A DNA stretch of 64,000 nt, from the IMG/VR virus record IMGVR_UViG_641736227_000002; one strand, given 5' to 3'. Positions 43,704-53,718 of this stretch are shown piece by piece; position 1 is the first letter of the stretch; each line of letters opens with the position of its first letter. Origin of the DNA: a virus (taxonomy: Duplodnaviria > Caudoviricetes). The notes beneath the pieces are model-generated. The model ran no database searches, had not been told where the DNA came from, and was given only the letters and a program-made list of their open reading frames with translations. A program made the position numbers and the translations under genes.

Positions 43704-45551
43704 TTATTCTGCTTCCTTTTGTGCATAATAGGCTATGCCGGAAAGCACAAATACAACATTAGGAAGTGCCACACCATTGCCCCACATCTTATATTCCGCT
43801 GAATCCGAATGTGAATTCTTAAGCCATTTTCTGATTTGATTATCAGACTTAGGCTTTGTCTTCTTTCCGAGTGCGTCAGCGTGTGTCTGAAAGATTTCTC
43901 TCCACATAGAAATATCCTCATCTGTAGGATTTTCTATTTCAAGACCGTCACACCACCAATCCGGAAACCCTTGCAGTCTTGCACATTCCGTAGGCGTGAG
44001 TCTTCTTACGATGTACCTTGGCTCGTTTACAATCGGAGGATCTTTGTAATCCGTTGCCACCAGTGTTCCGGCTAGGTTCTCCTCTGCAATCGTATGGAAA
44101 GATGCTTTGCTTGTGCAGTACACCGGATGCGCCACTCCACTTGCACCTGCAGCAACAATAGTCGGCTCAACTTCCTCTTCAATCTGAAAACTGAACTTTG
44201 CATTGTAGCCTTGGTTCATAGCAGGTCTGCCGATACCATAGGCAGGTTCTCCGACAAAGTTTTCTTCCGGAGTTCCTAACATCTGAGAAGATGGTCCTTT
44301 AGGTCCGTCATTAGCAGATAAGGTTGCATGAACATCTGCAAATGCCACTGCGTGCTGTTCTGTCGCATTCAGCGTGTACATGACATCCGATTCCTTGTAC
44401 CCGTCACCCTTATGAGAAGGACGAGTACCGTTTCCTTCAATTACAGCAATACCGCCCTGATTGCAGACAGGATTTCCGCCATTGCCATCAATCGTTCTGC
44501 TTGTATCTGCTTCATAAAATCCGCTGTTCGGATTATCTGATTTCATGGAATTGCTGTCCTTGGAACAGATGCCATAAGCAACTACTGCCACTCCGCCTTG
44601 ATTGGAGTCCGGAAAATTACCGCCGGTATCAATGGTTCTTGATGTATCTGTTTCATATACATTATTTCTTGCATTTCTTGTACCTTCGGAGGTTAGTCTT
44701 ACATCAAAACTTTTCACATCTTCCACAATAAACGGCTGATTATTGCCACCAGTTCCATAGGTTGATAAAACTGTCTGTGATACATCAAGTGGCCCTGTGT
44801 ATCTGCTGTCTTGTCCGTGGTTTTCAAACATTAAGCCGATGCCTGCATCTCCAGTGCTTTCTGAAGAAGTGGCGGCAGAACTTTGCCACGAACGGATGCT
44901 CTTCGGAGAATACCCAGACAAGCCTTCTGACTCAAATAATATTTTTCCGGCACACCAATCTGCAAAATCTGCGACAAGGTAGATACGTTTTCTTCTCTGG
45001 GGTACTCCCCAAAACTGAGCATCAAACTGTCTCCAGGCAACGGAGTAACCATCTCCCATGATCTTTCCTGCGCTGTTCCACTTTGTAGGTTTAGGCACTG
45101 ACACTGATTCGTCTTTGATTTTGCAGACCTCTTCGAGAACCGCACGGAAGTCTTCGCCTTTGTTGGAGCTAAATGCTCCGGGGACATTTTCCCAGACGAT
45201 AAATCTTGGTTTTTGTCCATTTGTCTTACACCTCATTTCTTTTATGATTCTGACTGCCTCATAAAACAGGGAAGAACGGGAACCGGATAAGCCGTCACGC
45301 TTGCCCGCAATACTCATATCCTGGCATGGACTGCCAAAGGTAATGATATCGACAGGTTTCAAATCTGCTCCGTTCATCTTAGAGATATCTCCATAGTGTT
45401 TTACCTGCGGCAGTCTTTTCGTTGTTACACGAATAGGAAAAGGCTCAATCTCCGATGCCCACAAAGGGGTAATACCGGAAATCAAGCCTCCTAAAGGAAA
45501 TCCACCTGAACCATCAAACAGACTCCCAAGTGTTAAATTGTTATTCTCCAT
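43704..45551 (-). CDS. C5 DNA cytosine methyltransferase with very long multi-TRD region
   Basis: LFDGSGG (I), GSPCQD (IV), ENVPG (VI), QRRKR (VIII), RRLTPTECARLQGFP (IX), GNGV (X). Confidence 0.95.
   Translation of the reverse strand: MENNNLTLGSLFDGSGGFPLGGLISGITPLWASEIEPFPIRVTTKRLPQVKHYGDISKMNGADLKPVDIITFGSPCQDMSIAGKRDGLSGSRSSLFYEAVRIIKEMRCKTNGQKPRFIVWENVPGAFSSNKGEDFRAVLEEVCKIKDESVSVPKPTKWNSAGKIMGDGYSVAWRQFDAQFWGVPQRRKRIYLVADFADWCAGKILFESEGLSGYSPKSIRSWQSSAATSSESTGDAGIGLMFENHGQDSRYTGPLDVSQTVLSTYGTGGNNQPFIVEDVKSFDVRLTSEGTRNARNNVYETDTSRTIDTGGNFPDSNQGGVAVVAYGICSKDSNSMKSDNPNSGFYEADTSRTIDGNGGNPVCNQGGIAVIEGNGTRPSHKGDGYKESDVMYTLNATEQHAVAFADVHATLSANDGPKGPSSQMLGTPEENFVGEPAYGIGRPAMNQGYNAKFSFQIEEEVEPTIVAAGASGVAHPVYCTSKASFHTIAEENLAGTLVATDYKDPPIVNEPRYIVRRLTPTECARLQGFPDWWCDGLEIENPTDEDISMWREIFQTHADALGKKTKPKSDNQIRKWLKNSHSDSAEYKMWGNGVALPNVVFVLSGIAYYAQKEAE
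44831..45220 (-). CDS. Nested out-of-frame gene, probable M.EcoHK31I-beta-like methyltransferase subunit
   Basis: GAGGTG RBS 8 nt before ATG; STLSQIL..VPEKYYLS..ILRRA..GKVLPPLL. Confidence 0.7.
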   Translation of the reverse strand: MDKNQDLSSGKMSPEHLAPTKAKTSVRFSKRSAKSKTNQCQCLNLQSGTAQERSWEMVTPLPGDSLMLSFGEYPREENVSTLSQILQIGVPEKYYLSQKACLGILRRASVRGKVLPPLLQKALEMQASA

Positions 45552-46809
45552 CCGCTCCCTCCACCTCTTTTACAAGGTCGGAGTAAGCAAGTTTCTCTCC
45601 GTTTCTAATAACGAATACATTCTCTGCATCACCCGTATCTTCCACATATCTTCGTAAGATAACCGATGCGTACTTTTCATCAAGTTCCATCGTATAACAG
45701 ATACGGTTTGTTTTTTCACAGGTCATAAGGGTTGAGCCACTACCACCAAAAGTATCGATAATAATAGCATTCTCTCGACTTGAATTGCCCACAGGATAAG
45801 CAAGTAAATCTAATGGCTTAGAAGTCGGATGATTTTTGTTTTTCTTTGGCTTATCGAAGTTCCAAATCGTAGTCTGACTTCTGCCTGCCGCCTTGCTCCA
45901 GTAATGTTTACCGGGTAAGAATCCATATAGCACAGGTTCGTGCTGCCACTGATAATCACTTCTTCCAAGAACAAGCGAGTTCTTTACCCAAATACAACAT
46001 CCACTTAAATGAAATCCAGCGTCAATGAAGGCTCTTCTGAAATTCAAACCTTCTGTATCTGCATGAAATACATAAGCAGAGCCACCGCTTTCAAGATGGT
46101 TTGCCATATTCTTAAATGCAGACAGCAAAAACTCATAGAACTTATCATTTGCCATTTTATCGTTCTTGATGGAAAGTCCATCTGAACTTTCAAAGGCAAC
46201 ATTGTATGGAGGATCTGTAATCACAAGATTGGCTTTCTTACCGTCCATAAGTGCATCCACATCTTCAATTGATGTAGCATCTCCGCACATAAGTCTATGC
46301 CTGCCAACCGTCCAGATATCTCCCTTTTCTACAAAAGCAGCTTTTTCAAGTGCGACAGACAAATCATACTCATCATCTTTTACATCGGATGTATCATCAT
46401 TTCCAAATAAATCAGCAAGGTCATTTTCATCAAATCCTGTGAGTCCAATATCAAAATCAGCATCTTGCAAAGCCTCGATTTCAACTCTTAATAGTTCTTC
46501 ATCCCAGCCTGCATCCATTGCCATTCGGTTATCTGCAAGAATGTAGGCTTTCTTTTGTGCCTCGGTAAGGTAATCTACAAATACACATGGTACTTCTTTG
46601 ATTCCTTCTTCTTTGGCAGCCATGATTCTTCCATGTCCGGCAATCACGTTATAGTCTCTGTCGATAATGACCGGATTGATAAAACCAAACTCACGTAAAG
46701 AGGAGCGAAGCTTCATAATCTGTTCTGCAGAGTGAGTTCTTGCATTATTTACATAAGGAATAAGTTTTGTTACAGCTACAAGCTGCATTTCTGTTGTTGT
46801 CTTGCTCAT
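45541..46809 (-). CDS. ParB-like domain plus N6/N4 DNA methyltransferase
   Basis: IAGHGR, LADNR; DPPY, HPTSKP, DTFGGSGST. Confidence 0.93.
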   Translation of the reverse strand: MSKTTTEMQLVAVTKLIPYVNNARTHSAEQIMKLRSSLREFGFINPVIIDRDYNVIAGHGRIMAAKEEGIKEVPCVFVDYLTEAQKKAYILADNRMAMDAGWDEELLRVEIEALQDADFDIGLTGFDENDLADLFGNDDTSDVKDDEYDLSVALEKAAFVEKGDIWTVGRHRLMCGDATSIEDVDALMDGKKANLVITDPPYNVAFESSDGLSIKNDKMANDKFYEFLLSAFKNMANHLESGGSAYVFHADTEGLNFRRAFIDAGFHLSGCCIWVKNSLVLGRSDYQWQHEPVLYGFLPGKHYWSKAAGRSQTTIWNFDKPKKNKNHPTSKPLDLLAYPVGNSSRENAIIIDTFGGSGSTLMTCEKTNRICYTMELDEKYASVILRRYVEDTGDAENVFVIRNGEKLAYSDLVKEVEGADGE

Positions 46810-46818
46810 AGCTGCCTC

Positions 46819-47610
46819 CTAAAACAATCCCCACTCAGCGAACTTTTCAAATCCACCGATGGAATGAATATATTCTCTTGCGATTTCCACGATTTCAGAA
46901 TAAGGTCTGCCGTCAATAAACTCATCACCAATCGCACAGGCAAGCTGCACAGGTTTACCTGTAATCTGTGCTTTTAAGAAAGCATAGATATTAACGGACA
47001 CATCAGCCTTGGATAGGTCTTTCCCATGAAGGCCACCGCCTGTAATTGAATCAGCCATATCAGAACCAAGTTTTCTGTTTGTTGCTCCGGTATCTACATT
47101 TGTGCCGCCAGTCCAATCGCCAAGTGGATTTACTTCAGCGTTTGGATATGTGCATTTCAAATCTGTAGTTTTTGCATTGCTCTGGCAGATGATAAGACGG
47201 TCACCATCAAGAATGTACTTTCCATCAAACGGATAAGAAGTGTAGATTTCTCTTGCAATCTTAGACAATTCTTTCTGTTCATCCGTTAGCGGCATTCCCT
47301 TAAAGATGCCATTATCACCACAGCGTATTTTGTCCTCTTGATTTTTTGAAAGATGCTCGTCCTGCGGATAAATTCGTATATCACAGCGAATCTCATTCTT
47401 ACCGCCTGCGATACGTTCAAATATCATTGCAATATCTTCTTTTTCAAAATCTACATTTGTTTCAATAATGATGTGTCCGTACCCATGTCCGATAAGTACT
47501 TCCACAGCAATCTTTGGATTATCATGTAATTTATATGCCATGTCAACAATCGCACCGGCTACTCTGTCACAAATTTTATCTGGGTGCATTGGATTTACTT
47601 TTTCTATCAT
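46819..47610 (-). CDS. metK: Compact S-adenosylmethionine synthetase
   Basis: HPDKICD, GDNG, DTGATNRK, GGGLHGKDLSKAD. Confidence 0.85.
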   Translation of the reverse strand: MIEKVNPMHPDKICDRVAGAIVDMAYKLHDNPKIAVEVLIGHGYGHIIIETNVDFEKEDIAMIFERIAGGKNEIRCDIRIYPQDEHLSKNQEDKIRCGDNGIFKGMPLTDEQKELSKIAREIYTSYPFDGKYILDGDRLIICQSNAKTTDLKCTYPNAEVNPLGDWTGGTNVDTGATNRKLGSDMADSITGGGLHGKDLSKADVSVNIYAFLKAQITGKPVQLACAIGDEFIDGRPYSEIVEIAREYIHSIGGFEKFAEWGLF

Positions 47611-47612
47611 CT

Positions 47613-48164
47613 TTACCTTCCTTCCCTTGCCCTGAGCAAACGTTCCATCAAATCGTCTTGTGGAGCTGCATCGTCATAATCGGTACTGCAGTTCTCTTTG
47701 ACAATCTGAAATATTTCATTCCACAGCCTTACGGCTTGGTTCATATAGTTGATGCCGATATTGATAAACGGAGATGGGATTGGTTTCTGTGTGGTCGGAT
47801 GCTTGGAAAGAAATCCCAGCTTATTTGTCATCTCTTCACACTGAATCCAACGAGCAGAACACATTGCATATCGCTCAATCAGCTGTGTCGATACCTTGCT
47901 TGCACATCCTATTTTCTTAAGCCACTGCCATGTTTCTTCATAAATCTCGGATGCCTGCAGCTGCGAACCGTCACGCTGTTCGGCCGATAAGAAATCATGT
48001 GGCTTTGGCATCTCCACACCTTCTACTTCCGGGATATCCAGAACTTCTAATTTTCTTCCGCCCGGATTTCCGTTATTTGCTTTTTCTTTGACAGCCGATT
48101 TCTTACGTCCGGCACCAGGTCTGGCACCGCCACGGCCACCTATGTTATTTGATTTTGTAGGCAC
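47613..48164 (-). CDS. Terminase small subunit (P27 family)
   Basis: GGARPGAGRK, GNPGGR, HPTT..IPSPF. Confidence 0.88.
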   Translation of the reverse strand: MPTKSNNIGGRGGARPGAGRKKSAVKEKANNGNPGGRKLEVLDIPEVEGVEMPKPHDFLSAEQRDGSQLQASEIYEETWQWLKKIGCASKVSTQLIERYAMCSARWIQCEEMTNKLGFLSKHPTTQKPIPSPFINIGINYMNQAVRLWNEIFQIVKENCSTDYDDAAPQDDLMERLLRAREGR

Positions 48165-48189
48165 GTCTCATGTCCCTCCTTTATTACCC

Positions 48190-48275
48190 TTTTGATTTCG
48201 CCTTTTTTACACGCAAGACCCCACGCCGTTCCCCGGTGGTCCCGGTGTCAGAGATTTTGACCGCCCCTGGGGTCA
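48190..48275. other. Putative cos / packaging region
   Basis: GC-rich intergenic tract between the HNH gene and terS, the usual cos position in HK97-like phages. Confidence 0.5.
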
Positions 48276-48659
48276 GTCATCATATCCGTAAACTCGATGT
48301 TTTTTGCCACCTTGATAATCACCACGCTCGGCATGAATCTTTGCATGACATGATTTGCAAAGAGAGATCAGATTATCTTTGTTATGATTGCCACCCTCTG
48401 ACAGCGGCAGCTTGTGATGAACTTCATCCACCGGAACAATGATTCCTTTTTCAAAACAAATCTCACAGAAAGGATGTTCCTTAACATAACTGTCACGGAT
48501 TCGTTTCCATGCTCTTCCGTACCTACGGCGTACAGCTTTATCTCTGCCATACTTCTCGTAGGATTGGTTCATTAGTTTCTCATGCTCCTTGCAATATCTA
48601 CCCTCTGTTAAATTAGGACAGCCAGGATAACTGCAGGGACTCTTTGGTCTTCTTGGCAC
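48273..48659 (-). CDS. HNH endonuclease (packaging-associated)
   Basis: GGAGG RBS plus GTG; CEIC..VHHK..NLISLCKSCH. Confidence 0.9.
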   Translation of the reverse strand: MPRRPKSPCSYPGCPNLTEGRYCKEHEKLMNQSYEKYGRDKAVRRRYGRAWKRIRDSYVKEHPFCEICFEKGIIVPVDEVHHKLPLSEGGNHNKDNLISLCKSCHAKIHAERGDYQGGKKHRVYGYDD

Positions 48660-48771
48660 ACCTGCACCTCCTTCCAGACATAACAAAAGCCTCTGCGGGA
48701 TTGCTCCTACAAAGGCTCTGTCGTTTTTATATAATTTTCTACAATACCATTTTACTGCATTTTCACTGGAA

Positions 48772-49206
48772 CTAACAGTGGCCTGAGGGTGAACTAGGGT
48801 GGCTTTTTTCAAAATGCACCAATGCTCTGGCATGTACACGTTTAATCCATCTGACTGAATACTGCATTTCTCTTGCGATGTCATCAATCTTCATAAGTTT
48901 GGAATACCTATATCGAAGTACGAGTTCTTCCATCGGATCTTCCATGCCATCAATTGCTACATCTACCATATGCTTTAAATCTTCTAACTTTAAATAATCT
49001 TTTATCAGTTCTTCTTCCAAAACATTAATCTTTTCAAGATATCTCACAAATGGTGCTTTTGTATTTCTGGTAGCTGAATAATGTGGTTCCAAACTTGGGG
49101 AAGACGGACTGCTTGCCAGTTCTCGATAGCACTGTATCCTTTTTTCTTTTATTCTAATTACCCTTTGCAATTCAAACGGCTGGTTTAAAAATTCTCTTGC
49201 TGTCAT
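48772..49206 (-). CDS. DUF1492/RinA-like late transcriptional activator
   Basis: MTAREFL; VLRYRY..IAREMQYS.RW..RVH.RAL; upstream of HNH/terS. Confidence 0.75.
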   Translation of the reverse strand: MTAREFLNQPFELQRVIRIKEKRIQCYRELASSPSSPSLEPHYSATRNTKAPFVRYLEKINVLEEELIKDYLKLEDLKHMVDVAIDGMEDPMEELVLRYRYSKLMKIDDIAREMQYSVRWIKRVHARALVHFEKSHPSSPSGHC

Positions 49207-49262
49207 AAGCCTAACCTCCGAAGATTTAAATTTCCCTCGGATTGACTCTGATTGTCTTTGAT

Positions 49263-50621
49263 TTACAATTCTGCTTTTACTGCATCGATCAGTGCCGATT
49301 GTGTGCTGTCTTTATCAGCCAGTGCTTTCATGATTTTCTCATCAACCGTACCTTGAGTTAGGATATGAATTATGGTTACTGTTCTGCTCTCTTGACCTTG
49401 CCGATAAAGTCTTGCTACGGTCTGCTGATAAAGTTCTAGGCTCCAGGTGATTCCAAACCATACAAGTGTAGAACCGCCACTTTGAAGATTAAGTCCATGT
49501 CCCGCTGATGCCGGATGAATCAGTGCCACAGGAAGTTCTCCCTTATTCCATCTTTTCATACTGGCATCTGTATCAAGTTTTTGAAACGGAATCTTCTTTT
49601 CATTCAAACGTTGCTCGATTCTCATAAGGTCATGCTTAAACCAATATGCAACCAGCAGAGGTTTTCCATTGGCAGATTCAATAATGTCCTCCAAAGCGTC
49701 CAGCTTTCTTTCATGGACGGACAGAATGCTCTCATCATCTGCATAGACTGCACCGTTTGCCATCTGTGAAAGCTTATTTGAAAGAGATGCTGCATTTGCT
49801 GCTGTAATCTCACCTTCCGGAAGTGCAAGAACAAGTTCTGCTTTCATATCTTCATACTTTTTCTTTTCCTTATCTGACAGATGCACCATATATTTTGTAT
49901 TTATGAGTTCCGGCATTTTCAAATGATCTGCTGCCTTCATGGAAATCGTGATGTCAGATATCTTTTGATAAATCGCATCTTCTGCTCCGGGAAGAGGCTT
50001 ATAGCTGTAAACAATAGGACCGTTCACCTTATCCGGTTTAAAATATGAGTTGCGATATTGACCGATGAATCGTCCAAGCCTTGCTCCCATATCTAAGATT
50101 TTGAATTCTGCAAACAAATCCATAAGACCGTTGCTGCTTGGTGTTCCTGTAAGTCCCACGATTCTTTTGACCTTGGGTCTTACTTTCATCAGTGCCTTAA
50201 ATCGCTTTGCTTGATGATTCTTAAAGGAACTCAGTTCATCAATTACCACCATGTCATACTCAAAGGGTTGTCCACTCTTTTCTATCAGCCACTGCAGATT
50301 TTCACGGTTGATCATTGTGATATCCGATTTTTGCGTTAGTGCTGCAATTCTTTCTTTTTCTGTTCCAACTGCAATCGCAAAGGTAAGATTATGAAGATGA
50401 TCCCATTTTTCAATTTCATCCGACCATGTATTTCTTGCCACACGAAGCGGTGCTACTACTAAGATGCGATGCACATCAAAATAATCAAACAGCAGATTGT
50501 TAAGTGCAGTCAGCGTGATGCTTGTTTTTCCTAAACCCATATCAAGAAAGACTGCAGCTGCCGGATGTGATTCAATATATTCTGTCGCATACCTTTGATA
50601 ATCATGTGGATTGTATTTCAC
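49263..50621 (-). CDS. SNF2-family helicase
   Basis: DMGLGKT, DELS, LTGTP, GHGLNLQ, ARLYRQGQ. Confidence 0.93.
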   Translation of the reverse strand: MKYNPHDYQRYATEYIESHPAAAVFLDMGLGKTSITLTALNNLLFDYFDVHRILVVAPLRVARNTWSDEIEKWDHLHNLTFAIAVGTEKERIAALTQKSDITMINRENLQWLIEKSGQPFEYDMVVIDELSSFKNHQAKRFKALMKVRPKVKRIVGLTGTPSSNGLMDLFAEFKILDMGARLGRFIGQYRNSYFKPDKVNGPIVYSYKPLPGAEDAIYQKISDITISMKAADHLKMPELINTKYMVHLSDKEKKKYEDMKAELVLALPEGEITAANAASLSNKLSQMANGAVYADDESILSVHERKLDALEDIIESANGKPLLVAYWFKHDLMRIEQRLNEKKIPFQKLDTDASMKRWNKGELPVALIHPASAGHGLNLQSGGSTLVWFGITWSLELYQQTVARLYRQGQESRTVTIIHILTQGTVDEKIMKALADKDSTQSALIDAVKAEL

Positions 50622-50883
50622 GAATCACACCTCCAATCTGTTCCGTTCCATCAATGACATATACTCTAAACCCTAGTCCCATCAAAATTTTATGCCTTGC
50701 GGCCTGCAAAGGTCTCGGTTTCTGCCCCGGTGCCTTAAGTTCTGCAAAAGCAATCTTGCCTTTCGGAAGCAGAATGATTCTGTCCGGCATACCTGCATAT
50801 CCAGGAGATACAAACTTAGGACAAATACCGCCATTCTTTTTAACTTCTGCCACAAGTCTTTTTTCTATTTCTTTTTCTCGCAT
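50602..50883 (-). CDS. VRR-NUC nuclease
   Basis: GMPDR..FAELK..PRPLQ. Confidence 0.9.
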   Translation of the reverse strand: MREKEIEKRLVAEVKKNGGICPKFVSPGYAGMPDRIILLPKGKIAFAELKAPGQKPRPLQAARHKILMGLGFRVYVIDGTEQIGGVIREIQST

Positions 50884-50905
50884 AAGTACCTCCAATTTCT
50901 TTTAT

Positions 50906-51009
50906 GGTGGAGGTCGATGAAGTCATTTCTAAAACTTTATATAGAGAGATTTTTGCCAAAAATTCTGCCCTAAAGGGGTTTTATACATAGACCTCCTACG
51001 ACCTCCACC
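50906..51009. other. Putative replication origin
   Basis: Inverted GGTGGAGGTCG / CGACCTCCACC around an AT-rich core, right after the primase gene. Confidence 0.5.
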
Positions 51010-51019
51010 CTTAAAAACA

Positions 51020-53263
51020 TTAATCTTCTAAAAAGTCTGATTTTAAGCGTATTCCAAGCACATAGTTGCAGCCTTTTGTTTTCTTTCGGTTAAAGCCTGC
51101 ATTCTCAAGTGCCGTATAGAAATCAGTGGTACTTCTCGTATATTCACCCGTCCTTGCACAGTAAGAACGATACTCCTGGTAGAACTCGCCCGACTTCTGC
51201 GTATAAGTGGCATCCACCTCACAGCATTCCTCAACAAACGTAGAAAACCAGTCATTATTCTCACGATATTTATTGATGGCATCTTCCACCACCTTCGGAG
51301 TCTTCAGCTTATACTTATTTTTGATGGCTTTCGCAGCACCATCAATAATCCATGTAAGTACGGCACCTCCTGCATTTTCATAAAGGTAATCAGCATAATT
51401 TTTTCTGTCACTGCTGCCAGTGATTTTAGCATTGAACGGTATCACAATAAGCCTTCGCCATATGCCATCATCATTGGCTCCCACCCTTGGGAGATGATTG
51501 GTATATAACACGAGGGTGTGTGTCGGCACATATTTGAATGGATCCTTATATTTCTTTTCAGCTGTCACTTCATCTGTGGAGCATAGCTGTTTTACAATAG
51601 AAGTATTCAGACGCATTCCTTCTTCCAGTTCGGCAGCAATGACTAATCTCTTACCTTTCAGTTCTGCCATCTCCGGCTTTACATTACGCTTACATCCCAC
51701 GGTCAAAGCATCTGCGGAAATAGTTCCGCTGTATGTTCCTAGTACTCTGGCAATGGTATTCCAGAAAGTGCTCTTACCGTTGCTTCCTTCGCCATAGGCA
51801 ATTACCAATGCCTCCACATACACTTTTCCAATAGCTGAAAGTCCCACAATCTGCTGCACATAATCGATCAGTTCCTTATCACAGCAGAAAAAGCTGTCCA
51901 GGGCATCCTTCCATAAATCCATGCCCTCTGTACTTGGAGAAACTGCAGTCATCTTCGTGATCAGATCTGCTGCCGCATGCTCCTTACTGCTTCCGTCCTG
52001 CAAATCGTAAGTAGCATCGGGAGCATTTAAGAGGAACTCCTGGCTGTCAAAATCTGCGATTTTCTTAAGGAGCATTGGCTTTGCTGCCTGAAGTGCAGAA
52101 GTTACAAACTTCATATCCCTTCGTTTCATAACAAAGGCATAATATTTTGATGCAATCACAAATTCCTTGAATGCTTTTTCACTTCCTTCATCAATAGCTT
52201 TTTCCAGTGCCTTGCCGCCTGCCATAACAGTATCTTTATCGATGCCCGCATCAAGGAGCATTTTCTTTGCTTTCTCCACTGCGGCTATTGCTTCCTTTAG
52301 CTGTTCATCCAGGAACTCCTCACAGGCACCCACAGCCATCTGCTTTGACTCTGCCCAATGCGTACCGTCATATCGCATATAATCTGTGGAATCGGTAAAT
52401 ACAAGTTCACCCGCATATTCACGAGACAACACTTTTGCCTGTCCAATATCTGAGTAATCATCCGGCTTTAGACTAAATCCCTTATTAAACTCTTCCGGTG
52501 ACACATAGCCAACCTGTGACTGCACCTTCTTTCCGAACTTAACAGCACTGCTCCAAATCAGAGCAAGTTCACTGTCTTCAAGCGGTGGATTGCAAAGCTG
52601 CGCCTTTTCCAGATAAATATCATGTGCCTTTTCTGTATTGCCATATCTCTTAATCAATCTTCCGGCAATATGGCTCATGGTACTGTTTCTGGAACCTTCG
52701 GTAATGCCCTGCGTAGCTTTGTCATATTCGGCAAAGTCCAGTTCATCCAAAAATTCCTCTATGGTCCTGCTTCCTTCATGCCAAACAATATCGTCCGGAG
52801 CATGACCAAAGATAAACCTTGCTGCATCGAGTGCATTGTCATCAAAAAATGGAGCATACTCTTGAAGTTTTGTTTTAATGCCTACTACTTCATCGGCAGA
52901 TGTAATTTTGCCATGAGGAAAGTAAATATGATGTCTTGGTCTTGCAGACCTATTGCCTTTTACCTTTCCATCATTTCTGCTTGGAACTAAGATGAACGAT
53001 ACATCCGGGAAGAGTTCTTCATATTTTTCTGCAGTAATCCAGTCCTTTGGATTATCACTATGGTCATTATCACAATCCATCACTTCAACATCTGAATAAA
53101 TAAAATCATCCACAGAACGATGAAACCTTTTAAATTCGGCGCACACATGATCTCTGGCAATAACCGCTATCATGTCATCTGCATTTGAAATTTCTGCTTT
53201 ATTCGGATATAGTGCATTTGCCGCATTTCCTACGCAGTTTGCACTAAAAATAGTCAACTTCAT
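51020..53263 (-). CDS. Primase-helicase (P4/D5 family)
   Basis: DCD and HIYFP primase motifs, EGSRN PriCT, GEGSNGKST, WRRLIVIPF. Confidence 0.93.
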   Translation of the reverse strand: MKLTIFSANCVGNAANALYPNKAEISNADDMIAVIARDHVCAEFKRFHRSVDDFIYSDVEVMDCDNDHSDNPKDWITAEKYEELFPDVSFILVPSRNDGKVKGNRSARPRHHIYFPHGKITSADEVVGIKTKLQEYAPFFDDNALDAARFIFGHAPDDIVWHEGSRTIEEFLDELDFAEYDKATQGITEGSRNSTMSHIAGRLIKRYGNTEKAHDIYLEKAQLCNPPLEDSELALIWSSAVKFGKKVQSQVGYVSPEEFNKGFSLKPDDYSDIGQAKVLSREYAGELVFTDSTDYMRYDGTHWAESKQMAVGACEEFLDEQLKEAIAAVEKAKKMLLDAGIDKDTVMAGGKALEKAIDEGSEKAFKEFVIASKYYAFVMKRRDMKFVTSALQAAKPMLLKKIADFDSQEFLLNAPDATYDLQDGSSKEHAAADLITKMTAVSPSTEGMDLWKDALDSFFCCDKELIDYVQQIVGLSAIGKVYVEALVIAYGEGSNGKSTFWNTIARVLGTYSGTISADALTVGCKRNVKPEMAELKGKRLVIAAELEEGMRLNTSIVKQLCSTDEVTAEKKYKDPFKYVPTHTLVLYTNHLPRVGANDDGIWRRLIVIPFNAKITGSSDRKNYADYLYENAGGAVLTWIIDGAAKAIKNKYKLKTPKVVEDAINKYRENNDWFSTFVEECCEVDATYTQKSGEFYQEYRSYCARTGEYTRSTTDFYTALENAGFNRKKTKGCNYVLGIRLKSDFLED

Positions 53264-53715
53264 CTTGTTACCTCCTTCATCGTTTCTGTAAAATATCTGA
53301 TTTTCATTCTGCGTTTTTCTGCTAATGCTATCTCACGAGCCATTCCTTCCGATATATCTTCTCCAAACACCCACACTTCACTGCATTTGCCTAGAAGGAC
53401 ATAATTAATTGTGTGAGTGACTAGGTATCTCTCTTCCGGATTACTATCATCCATAAACTGTGGATACAGAAGATGCGGAGTCATAGGAATTGCTTTATTT
53501 TCAATGGCAAAGCGTGAATACTTTCTTGCTTTTTCGACATTCTTCGTAATGTCTCCACGATACGGACTGCAGATATATACAAGTGGTCTATACCCGTCAT
53601 ACAAGCAGAAGTTGGCAGCCTTTTGGACCGCCTTTTCTTTCTTTTTGATATTTGAAATTGCCCCGAAGGATGTCATATCTATGTATCCCTCTAAATTTTT
53701 CTTATCGATATTCAT
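53260..53715 (-). CDS. DUF4406-like protein
   Basis: VYICSPYRG, PHLLYPQF, CSEVWVFG..SEGM..E. Confidence 0.75.
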   Translation of the reverse strand: MNIDKKNLEGYIDMTSFGAISNIKKKEKAVQKAANFCLYDGYRPLVYICSPYRGDITKNVEKARKYSRFAIENKAIPMTPHLLYPQFMDDSNPEERYLVTHTINYVLLGKCSEVWVFGEDISEGMAREIALAEKRRMKIRYFTETMKEVTR

Positions 53716-53718
53716 CCG

